A stretch of DNA of 63,978 nucleotides, the filler included, from Intoshia linei (lineage: Eukaryota > Animalia > Orthonectida): the NCBI GenBank assembly GCA_001642005.1. It is 6 parts of 6 records of this genome, joined end to end, with 100 filler letters (N's around TTAATTAATTAA, not from the genome) between each part and the next. Parts side by side here need not be neighbours in the genome. Positions count along the whole stretch, not along the records: positions 16,649 to 33,484 come from LWCA01000837.1; positions 33,585 to 44,674 come from LWCA01001199.1; 4 more parts are not named here. The stretch is one strand, 5' to 3'. Below are positions 25,780 to 37,298 of this stretch, piece after piece. Positions within the stretch are counted from its first letter, which is position 1. Each line of letters opens with the position of its first letter. The notes under the pieces were generated by a model. The model worked only from the letters and a program-made list of their open reading frames with translations, had not been told where the DNA came from and did no database searches. Position numbers and translations under genes: made by a program.

Positions 25780-28004
25780 TATTTTGCGTAAGCCAAATTA
25801 ATCATCAACCGCCAAACTATTGAAAAATAAGCTAAATTTTTTATTAAAACGCCAAATTCTTCCACCAGACACTCCAAATTAATCAATACACGCCAATAAA
25901 AAAATATACGTAATAAATATCAGAAAAATAATATTAAAAAATTAAAATAATTACTTATACTCTTTTATATGTATTAAAATTCATTTGAATGCTGTCATGA
26001 CTAATATATACGGTACATTATTAAAATAAATTAATTGATTTTTAATATCATTTCCCTCCGATTTCTTTATATAAGAGTTTATAAGACATAAGGGCAACAA
26101 TGATAAGAACAAATTAGTTTACATTGATTAACTATAACGAAGCTATCTTTATAAAATCACTGTAATAAACTAGAAACTGTAATAAAACAGTTCATGGAAT
26201 CACAAAAAGGTATATGTATCAAGCATTCTTCTTGTGGAGTTGAAATGCGAGTCCTTAGAGGGATTAATAATGAAGTAACTTTTCAGATAAATCGTTTTAA
26301 TTTCATACACACGTGGTATAAAAGCGAGAAAAAAATTGAAGAAGCAGAAAAAAACTAAAAAATAGATTAAATCGGGTATCACCAGACTTAATGAAATAGA
26401 TGAAATAATAAACGCTCAGATGGGAGTTGTGATCGATTGATGTTTAATATATAAATAAACTAAAAATTGCAAGAATGAACAAAGAAAAGATAATCACGCA
26501 TGCAAATAAGATTGCAAAAATAGTCGATAAGAAAATCAAAGCAAATAAAGCTCTTATTATTAAGTTTGTTCAAGATCCATTTCTTTTAATAACCTGTAAA
26601 AAAAATTGAAAAATGCTAGGAATTTTAAGACTTTACATATAAAATCTGTGAGCCTGATTATCCTTTATTCGTTTTTGGATTTACTGATGTCAATCGTTCA
26701 TTCCACTTAACTGCAGTGTTTAGCTCTTAGAGAGATATCAGAAACAGTATATATCTGTTTAAATACAATAAAAAAATTATGTGAAGAAAGAAAAATAGCA
26801 TTTAACTTTGAAACACTTAGAGCTGATGATCAAAAGCAGTTCCAGCCAGCAGCTAAAAAAATCAACCCGACCGTAACAATATTGAATTGCTAGATGTATT
26901 CATCAAGGTTGATCAAGAATAATGTTGAAAATCTTTCTGGACTAAAAGAAAAAATAATGAAAGACATATTTCATGCAAAGCCTATCTTCATCAGTTTTCT
27001 TTAAGGCTTTTTTTGTGTTATTTAAAAAAAAGTATTCTAAGTTTTCCGAACACATTGATTTTTTGTTGAAGTTTGACAAAAAGCGTATGAAAGAAAATTC
27101 TAAAATGTGGTTCAAAGGTGCGTCTATTTGTGCACCATCTATAAATAATGGATGCAAAAGATTTAATTCCAATATTAAAAAAAATCATTTAACCAAACAA
27201 TTATAACTATAGCAAATATAACTAAAAAGCTTACTAGCATCATCCATACATCATCAATAAAATCTGTAGACCTTTTTGTCAATTATACATATAGTGATCA
27301 AAATTTGTAGGATATACTACTTGTATGTACTAAAATTATTGTTGAAAATAAGGTTTCTAGAACTCAACATTGGTTTATTAATAATACAAAATGTAAATCT
27401 GTTAAAATAAAAGATGAGATTTCTAATGCTCTTTTCATTAAATCAAACTCAGTGAAAGAGTTCAAAGAATTGTAGAGACTTTATTCATGCGTTATTTTTA
27501 AAAATTCTATTGAAACCTGAATTATTACCTGGTTATTTATACTGTAGTTGCTATGATTTCGTCAAGCTTAAAATGTTTACGTTTATTTTGTCCTTAAATC
27601 GAAAAATATGCTGCATCTAATAAATATGCCTCTGAGTGAAAAAAAAGCGTGGACAACCAAAGAAAGTTACAACGAACGCTTCTGCGTCTTATTATTCACG
27701 CAAGAAAATGGAAATGTGATTAAATAAAGTTTTTAATATTTAATCGTTATTAATAACGTGTTATTCGTATAAATCATGTCCGCATTGAAACGAATTTTAA
27801 TACATATAAAAGAATATAAGTAATCATTTTAATTTTTTAATATCCTTTTTATGATCTTTATTACGTTTATTTTTTCTTTATCGTTTATTATTCTAAAAAT
27901 TTTGCGTTTTAATAAAAAATTTAACTTATTTTAAAATAATTTGGCGGGTGATAATTAATTTGGTGTATATTCTATTACTATGGCTTACGAAAATATGGGC
28001 AACC
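25780..28004 (+). mobile_element. Mutator-like (MULE) element with ~220-bp TIRs and a decayed transposase
   Basis: 25780-26010 is an inverted copy of 27770-27995. Motifs WFKG..CAPSINNGCKRFNSNIK and a SWIM-like CSC..F.K. No TSD recovered. Confidence 0.85.
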
Positions 28005-28486
28005 AAAAAAAATTTTAACGCATACGTTCAATCTCAATCATATTTTACAAACATTTTACTCCAATAAACTCTCGAATAAATAAACAACAACCCTTCTACA
28101 AACTATGTGATTATGAGAAATGCAAAAAACATCAAAAATTCCTAACTAAACATTGATTTGTGGCGGAGGTGTAATATTCTATCCAGTATATATTATGAAT
28201 GTAAAGTTCACCTTCGTGACTATAGTTACTGATGTATAATATATTCTACAATCTAAATTGTCCTATTTTATATATAAAACTTATACTTTCTCAATATTAA
28301 TTATTTAAACATTACATACCCCCACTAATCAGCCTAACTGTTAGGTTATCACTATTTGTGATGTTTATATTTATATAATACCAACAAATATTAACGGGTA
28401 GAAGTTTTAAATTCATTTGATAAAGTACAAATATTTTGTCGAGTCTAATAGCTGTCGCGCACTGTAAATTAAAATTAAAAAATTAC

Positions 28487-31400
28487 ACTCAATTTTATTG
28501 ACAATTGAGGCACAAAATGTTTGTTACATATTTTACAACTAAAAAATGTATGATATACAATATCTAGAAAATATTACTTAATACTATGATTAGAATCATC
28601 AATAATCCATCCATCCATAATTTCTTCATCATACATTAAATTTTTGCAATTTTGGCATGCTGATGTTGAATGGATTTCAATATTGACAAGGGCTAAATGA
28701 TATTAATAATATATAAGCGTTTTACAATGGTTAAGAAAAGCTGAATCAAAATGTAAAAAAAAAATTCACAATAATTGATTAAAACTCTATGCCCAGATAA
28801 TGTTATCATATGGACACACTGATAATATCATGTCAGGTTAAAGGGCATACTATACAATGTTATAAAAATAATTACGTTGTTCATTTTCTTGGGGTTTAAA
28901 TAAAGATTCACTGAAATTCAATTTGGTATTATCAGAACAAGTATAAATCTTTCCATTAGAATTAGTTTTGGATTTATATTTTAGTGTAGACCAATAATCA
29001 TCAAGAGAAATAGGTACACTAGCTAAATGATATATTTTTAAACCATCAACAATAAATATAACAAAAATATAAAATACCATATCTAACAAGGCGTCTAGAT
29101 TTAGTAGAAGTCAATTGAATAGATTCATTTGAAACCGAATTTTTCAACCGTTCATAATATTCTGGAAACTTGAACTGATCATCAATATTATTAAAATGAG
29201 AAGTAAAAAAATTTGTATAATTAGTTTTATTATCTAATAAAATATCAAGACTTTTAGCCTTAGAAATATATCTCTTAGTTTGTAAGGAATGCGTTTTTAC
29301 TTTATAATATGAATTATCATTAACATCCTTTTCATTGTCACTGTCATCTGACGAAATTAACGTAGACTCATAAGCATCATAAATAATTTTTTTCAATTTT
29401 TGAAATCTTTCGGAAACTCTAGTAATAGTGTTTAAAGAAGAACTTTCATTCTGAATGACCAATTGGTTTTTTGCAGATGCATAATCATTCAAATTATCGG
29501 CTAAAACCTTTTCTTTGTCATTAAAAAGTTTTTTAGATTTAAACCAAGAATAATAATCTTTAAAAGTAATTTTAATCTTTGATTGAGTATCGTTCATTTT
29601 ATTTTTTAAAATTGAAGAAACATCGTTTCTGTTTAATTTTGATCCAATATAATGTAAATCTGATTTAGAATATATAGACACAAAACATTTGAACCGTTCA
29701 GAAAAATGCCTTTTCTTGATAATACTGGGTTCCATTTTTGAAAACACGTATTTCAAATATTTCGTACCGTCTTCAACGTATTTGTGGTTTAATTTGATAT
29801 TTTCATGTCGTTTGTAATATAATAATGAAATAGCGTCATCGGTTTTGTGGGTAAAAGATATATCTTTTAAAATATCAGAATTTGCAACAGAAAAACAATT
29901 ATTTTCACCATTATTAATTATATCAGCTATTTCACTTTGTTCTGGTTGCATGGTTGAATTTAGTCTTAGTTGAATGTCATCAGTTACACTAAATTGGTTC
30001 ATTTTTAAATTAATCCAATTAGATTCATTTTTTTTAAATACGTCACTATCTGATTTGATTCTTCTCATCTTTAAACTAAATGAAAGCGGATTACCCATTG
30101 AAAAGACGTGAGATTTTTTTTTGACCAGTGGAACCAAACATGTATCCTTTTCCTTTTTAATTTTTACACTATTTAAAGTTACAGAATATGGATAAGATTT
30201 CTGTGATTTTTGTTTAAAAATATTAGATTTCTGAAAATTGTTTTTACATGGAACAAGTCTTTTAAAAAGAACAACCGCCTTAAAAGCATTGGAAAGGAGA
30301 ATCCATTTAGAATCAATAGGATCAACAGTTGGTTTTTCAGAATGAAATAAATATTTATCGTATGCTCTATTATTAGAGTCAGAAATGACAGAATTAAAAG
30401 AAGCGACTGTAATCATGTTAGTTTTAATATCATACTGTTTCATCAACTTTAGAATAGTTTTAACAAGTCTAGTATCCTCATAATATTCTCCACACAGTTG
30501 AATCAAAGTTCTAAAAACAATTTCATCCATAAACTTTTTATGTTTAACCAAATATTTTTCTAATCTGAAAAGAACATGTTTCATAAATGAAAATCTGTAA
30601 TTTTTGTGAATCCTTCCCATATATGCAGGTAAACAAAGAATCCAAACATTCATAATAACGCACTTCATTAAATGTGCAGAATCTTTGGGTAAAGAAATAA
30701 TATTTTGAAAATTTTTTAAATTATTAATCCTTTCATTCTTATTTCTACGCAAATATTTTTTGGGCGAATCGTGATTCAATTGAGAATAGTTTAATTTATC
30801 ATTATTGTTCATTAAACAATCTACATGTTCATTAAATGCATTCAAACTAATATCGAATATTTTTGATTTTACAAAATCCAACTCAACAGTTTGAACTTTA
30901 CTCCATTCAATCAATTTCTCATTAATGATAGATAATTTAAACGAAGGCATTTCACAGTAAGCAGTATTAGAAGAATTTTGATTAAAATGTTGTCTATAAT
31001 ATATTTCCGGAGGATTCATCCCATAAATATACTTTGAAGAATAAATAAATAAGGATTCTGAATACTCATCAAAAAAATTAGCATTGCAATTATCAATATC
31101 GTAAGAAGAAACCGTTCTGTCAATAATAAATTTTTGAAACATGTGAGTTTGTGTAATCTTGCGATAAAAATCAGATAAACTTGAATTTGATGCTATAAAA
31201 TCATTTTTTAAAAAAGCACTAGCAAAAATATCGTAATCATTTGGAGGCATTCGAGAAAGTGTATGACAAAATTTATTATAACCCTGATAAATTGTACACA
31301 TAAAGCATAAAAAAGTCTCTTGTATTCTTACAGCATACGCTTCCAGTTTTTTTCGATTTAAACAAATTGATTTAATAATATTTCTCGGCCAAGTCTCAAA

Positions 31401-32371
31401 ATCGGTAGGAGTAAATATTTTTGCAAGTAATTCATACCTCAATGCTGCTAGTCTGTCAATAAGACACTTTGTCGCTTTCTTAGGAAACGAAAATGAATCG
31501 TTTTGGTTTTTAATGCTATATCTTTCACATAAAACATTATTACTGCCAATATCCACACAACAAATACTATCTGGCAAATCATACATATCAAAATATCGAC
31601 TATCTATGCCTACCAAGAGAGGAGTAGGCGAATTCATAATTTCACCAATGTGTAGAGGGCAAAGTGGAATATAAGGGCACATCCAAATGAAGGGGAATAA
31701 TATAGTCTTTAATCCATGTACCACACAAACAACCAAATTCGTGTACACCGAATGCAACATAACTTGTTGTTCTGACATCAAACATTTCAATACATGTACT
31801 ATAGTTTTAGGTGACAAACAACACAACAGAGAAATTACACAATCAACTTTAATATCCAGTTGGTTCGATGATAATTGTCTCAAAAAACATTGTATACTAT
31901 CACTATTAAAAGAAACTGCAACCTTTGGCTTTTTAGCACTAGGCATTTCAACATTTACCAGTAGATGTGCCAAATAAATTTCCAAGTTCATGTTTGGTGT
32001 GTCCAGACTGTGCAAATATATACGGTACAGTTCTAATAACCATTCATGGAAAAATTCATAACAATTATCGTTTTTACTCAAAACTGTTAAATTTTTTGTT
32101 TGAAATGAAATGCAGTTTTTAGCAGATTCACTCAAAAAATCTGTCAATAAACCTGCATAGTGTCGAGGTAATAAACGAATAAAATCGTATTCTTCCAAAA
32201 TTTGTAAGGTATAACCGTATAAATAATTACCATTCGTTGTGGTCAAAACAAAACTAGAATATAAGATATTTCTCCAATAAAATTCTTTTGAAACCTTATA
32301 TAATTTTTTGTTAGTTTGATTGATTTCAATAACCGGAATATCTCTCTTTTTCATCACTTTGACACAAACAC
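28487..32371 (-). CDS. DENND4: DENN domain protein 4 (Crag-like Rab GEF), 5' and 3' incomplete
   Basis: Phase-consistent exons 32371-29078, 29022-28876, 28692-28578, 28538-28487. uDENN SSFVLT...LYG; DENN CPYIPLCPL...SPTPLLVGIDSRYFDMYD; PPR-like DEIVFRTLIQLCGEY; C-terminal CQNC..LMYDEEIMDGW..DDSN...CKIC...FVP. Confidence 0.93.
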
Positions 32372-33484
32372 CTAAAAAATAAATTTTAAAGTAATAAAAA
32401 TACAATAAAGCGTCCCAATAAGTCCGAGTTTTACTCAAATACGTCAATTTAAAAATGCATTATTATGCAATTATAAATATATTAAATACATTAATGACAA
32501 GATATGGTAAAAAAATATAACGGAATTGGAAACTACTCTCAATAAATAATACCAGGTCACTACTAATCGTACGTACTCACCATCAATCGAGCAAAAATTT
32601 AATTCGAAATAACAGAGGTAATTACATGTGTAATGCTATTGTATTATTGAGGTTAAGGGTGGAATTATTTGAGCATAAGAAATAATAGCACGGATGTACG
32701 AATAAACAGAACCCAAAGTACAGACAACATTCAAAATTATCCAAAAATATAATATAGCTAACTATATTGCAAAATGCTCACAATGTCAAAAAAGTAAAAC
32801 TCTAAATACTATCCAAAATTTCAGACCTATATATCAATAGGATGGAGTGATTTCACAGCAAACAAAAATGGTAGATCTAAATATACACCAAAACCCAAAA
32901 TTTTGAAGTGGCCCCGTCGGTATGGTGGCCACTGGCCACCAGGTAACAGCGGGGCCAAAAATCGACAATATCGCTATAACTTTTAATACGCTCATCGTAA
33001 ATAGTCGATTTTAGGCTCATAATAAGCGGAATAGTCAACTTTGTATCTGTCCTAATAGAAATTTTTTCTCTTGAAAGTACAAAAAAAAGTTATTAGGCAA
33101 AAACCACTTTTTTCCAATTTGTTTGTCCAATTTTCGTATTTTTTTTTATTTTAAAAAAAGCACGTTAAAGAAAGAACAGAGGTATATGACCTACAGCAAG
33201 AGTCACAAAATATCACCTTAGTTACATTGTAATATACCCATATAAACCTCAATTTTACGAAAAATAAAGATTAAGTGCTAAATGTAAAAATGAAGTGAAA
33301 AGTAAGTCAGTGCAATGTTTAGCAAAATAAAAAAATAAATTGTATAGATTAGTATACGGTGTAAAAATGAATTAGGCGGTGGAAAATAAAGTTTAAGTGC
33401 AAAATAAATATTGTAAAACAGTATAAGTAAAGTGGTATAAATAAGTTTATTAAAAAAACAAATTAAGTGAATAGAAAAAAATAG

Positions 33485-33584
33485 NNNNNNNNNNNNNNNN
33501 NNNNNNNNNNNNNNNNNNNNNNNNNNNNTTAATTAATTAANNNNNNNNNNNNNNNNNNNNNNNNNNNNNNNNNNNNNNNNNNNN
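33485..33584. other. Assembly gap with linker
   Basis: N-run with TTAATTAATTAA at 33529-33540. Confidence 0.97.
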
Positions 33585-34369
33585 AATATTCGTAAAGATA
33601 TAATGATTTATAATAAAGTTACAATAAAAACGACATTAATTATGAGACGACCTAATACATGTAATCCTTTACTTATATGAAATTGAATATCTGTGAGTGT
33701 ATTACTGTTAAAAAAATTTAAAAGTCGTAGAATTAAAAAGCCAATTTCTAATACTGTATTTCGAGAGTGAGGTTTTATTGGAAATTTCATTTTCAGAAAT
33801 TGAGGTATTCAGGGTAAAAAAGACAAATTACCTTTTTTTTTAAAATAAATTGTCCTAGAATTTAAAAAAACCATTATTCTGATTTAATTTAATTCTAGTA
33901 AACATTTTATAGTGGTTACGCCAGATTAGTGTATTATATTAGTGTAGAATATGTACATTTATTAATATAATTACTTAATTTTATAGAAGCATCTACAAAT
34001 AACGAATCTACTGTATATGGCGTGGCCAGATTAGCTTCTAAATCATGTAAAAATATGATGCCTGGAATTGGTGCCAGTGGAGCAGTAGTATATACCCCTA
34101 AAATGTCTGAAAATGGTAATATAATATATCAGTGGTTAGCAAACTACATGTACAGTAATATCTCTAAAATTCGCCATTCTTGAGAGTTTGAAAAGTATAG
34201 CCAGTTAGTGTAACTTACAGAACTGCTAATCAGACACGGAGAATAAAAACAAAATTAAAATTAAAAATTTTACTTTTTTATTTTATATTTTATAAAAATA
34301 GTTGCATTATATAAAATTACACATTATATAATTAATTATATAATTAATAACATTATATAAAAAATTATT

Positions 34370-35531
34370 GGTCTTAATCCGGCTAATTTAATTGGTGTTG
34401 TAACGGGTGTGGATGATGGCCAATACATTAGAGCCGTCTTAAGCCACTTCGTGGCCTTGGGCTAAGCAAAGGCCGTAGGCCCTTTAAAGTTTTGAACGAA
34501 GCAAAAAAGTATTTGGAGCGTACCGATAAAAAAATTTTAGTGCCCCTTTTTAGAAACCCCAGAAAATTAAAAAGAGAAAATCAAAGATTTCCTACTTTTT
34601 TTATGAATATTTACTTAATAGAAAGGTTTTAATGTTTAGTATCATTTGAAACAGTTTTTATGTCAATATTATATGATGAACATTATAGAATATATTTTAA
34701 ATTGAATATTAACCAGAACTTTGATTCTTTAAACTGTTTTCTTTATAGCTATTTGAATTCCCACACTTCAAAACTTATAAACTGTTTCTTAAGATATAAA
34801 TGTGAAGAATTCGTAATATTTTTTAATAAATTGGAAGCCTCTTTTTAAGATATAATTGTGAAGTACTTTTATTAATTTGGGCCTTTTTTAATGAGTGGCC
34901 CTAGGCTACAGATCATATTGCCCATGCCTTAAAATGGCTCTGCAATACACAATAGGAATATCTGCTGGTCACATTAAAAATAAATTTACTCGAAATCAAG
35001 TGGAAAAATGCGAACAAAGATTAATAAATCCTCAAATACCTGATCGAGTTTTGAGTTTACGATCTACCGTTCGTGAAAAATTTATTGATTTGGGCCAAGA
35101 ATTTTTTAAATGTAATTGTAAAAATGGATTTTCTAACAATAGGTGTAAATGCAAAAACAATTCAATGCTTTGCAATAGTCGCTGTCATCACAGTTGTTCT
35201 AGTTTTAAAAAATAATTATTTATAAATTTGTCCTCTTTATTGATTTATCTTTAATCTTTGTTTTACTTATTCATTTTATGTATATCTTCTATATTAAGGT
35301 TGAGGGTGTATTGATGTATATGGTTTTATTTGCAAACTTTTTATTATCTATTTATTAATTAACACTATGTGTGTTAACTACTGCATATGCAATAGTTAAT
35401 TATTTAAATTTTAATCAAACATTCAATTAGATTAATTTACGATTAACTAATAAACAATTAAAAATTATGTACATTCTACGACTTGCCCATTAAATGTGTA
35501 CATTTCAGAGTTATACACATTCAATGCAACA
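34370..35531 (+). mobile_element. Ginger/KRBA2-type integrase transposon 3' end, split by a hAT MITE
   Basis: Removing the MITE restores NLIGVVTGVDDGQYTIG...CNCKNG...RCKC..NSMLCNSRCH. The end ...tgcaACA fits TGT..ACA termini. Confidence 0.7.
34429..34942. mobile_element. hAT MITE (Tip100-like)
   Basis: TIR TAGAGCCGTCTTAAGCCA vs reverse-complemented CAGAGCCATTTTAAGGCA; 8-bp TSD CAATACAT / CAATACAC. Confidence 0.85.
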
Positions 35532-36586
35532 TACATATATAAAGTTCAATTTTAGTTCGAATGCAAAAAATTCAAAAATGGAGAAATGCAGTTGAATTAA
35601 CATTAAATTTTAAAGTTTAATGAAAAAAAGTCACTATAAATTAATAACTTATTACATTTAAATTAAAGCTTAAAGTTGTTCAAACCGACGATTCGAATAA
35701 ATTATATTTATCCGTATTAAATTTTACTCCAATTTCGATTTGAGATTTTCCAAATCTGAATGTTTATCACTTTATTTTTTTTAGTTTTTTTAATTGTATA
35801 TGTATAGATCAGTTGGTCGCGATTAAAATAGTGTACGGACCTCCATTTCAAAATATTTAAATTTTTGGACCCCAAAGGAAACAAAATATAAAAAATTTAT
35901 GAAAAAATGTTTTTGTAAAATTTTGTATCATGATTTGGTTGGTTTTTTATTTTGAGTTTTGGATTAGGATGTTGTAAAATCGGATTTTTCAAAAAAAATG
36001 GGAGAAAGAGATTTCTCTTATGGTTGTTAAAATTATGTTTTATATTTTGGGGTTGGAATAATAGGTTTTTCTTTAAGATTTGTTAAATCGTGTATTTCAA
36101 AAAAATATTGTAAAAATTGAAAAAAAAATAAATTTTACAATTCTAATAGTAGAAAAATTGCTCAATTCAACAAAAGGAATACATTTAAAACCCCCAAAAA
36201 TAGCATTGTTACTAATAATATATATCAAGCATAACTAATCGTAACAATCGCAATAATCTAATTGGTTAAACCACACATGACATGATTAATCTCTGATAAG
36301 TTACTAACACGTGATAAAACGAAAAATTTAACAAAATAAATGGCAATGTAAAATTCATATACATACTGTGTATAAATATTTATTTAGACGACTAAATCAA
36401 CAATAATGGGAAACTCCCATAAAACTAATTTAAATCTTTCTAAAATTGCACACGTTATCCTTTGAATTTCACAAGTGATAAAATCTTGACCAAAAATAAT
36501 GCGCAACCTATAAATTTGCAAGTAAATGCGACATTGTATTTAAAAATTAACAATACAAATAAAACAATATTTGAAAAATGTTTTCA

Positions 36587-37112
36587 TTAAGTAAATTTAT
36601 CTTGCGAATTGATATCGTCGTATTGACAAGGGTGTAATATATTTTTTTGAGGTTCAGGATTTGAAGGTTTGGTAGGTTGATCAATGTTTACTGACAGACA
36701 AGAAGCAAATAATTCACGGCCCTTGTCATTGCTAATTATTGGAGATAATTTATCTGTAGCATAAGTGTAAACGTGGCCCGTCTCACTTGCTACCAATAAC
36801 ATTACTTCTGCACCAGTCAATTGAGATAGCTCGTAAGCCTAAAATTGTTACGTGTTAAATAAAAAAGGCAATATTATAAAATTTAAATAAAATTAATTTA
36901 ATTTTAATTTAATTGTTAATAGTAACCTTTTTCATTAGACCAGATTTTCGTTTGCAGAATGTAGTATAACGTCTAGCTTTATTAGTAATTCGTTCCATTC
37001 TAACTTTGAGACGTCCTTTAGTTTTTTTAGCATTTTTTTTCGGGTCCGTTATTATCATTTCAATGGGGCAAGTACATTTTATTTGGTTATTACATTTAAT
37101 ACATACAGCCAT
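36587..37112 (-). CDS. SRF: Serum response factor (type I MADS-box), 145 aa, 2 exons
   Basis: Exons 37112-36927 and 36838-36587: KKTKGRLKVRMERITNKARRYTTFCKRKSGLMKK|AYELSQLTGAEVMLLVASETGHVYTYATDKLSPII...G..L...CL (MADS box plus SAM region). Confidence 0.95.
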
Positions 37113-37159
37113 AATTTCAGTATAAAACAATCTAGTGTTTATTTAATATGTTTGCTTTC

Positions 37160-37169
37160 CCAAATATGG
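37160..37169. promoter_or_regulatory. Perfect CArG box CCAAATATGG in the SRF/TTC4 divergent promoter
   Basis: Matches CC(A/T)6GG, 48 nt upstream of the SRF ATG. Function is inferred. Confidence 0.7.
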
Positions 37170-37298
37170 TTAAAGTTATACAATGAAAGAATAAACTTAA
37201 TTCAAATAAATGTGAAGAATACTTCGACGTTTCAAGAAATGTTAATTGACATTTGTTGCTAGCAACTAATAGTAAACGAACTTTATATTTAATTGCAT

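Noticed and set aside
31687-31977. Antisense ORFs over DENND4; likewise over SLC3A2 (56897-58351), piggyBac and Tigger
   Set aside because: Shadow ORFs of real coding strands with no recognisable motifs.
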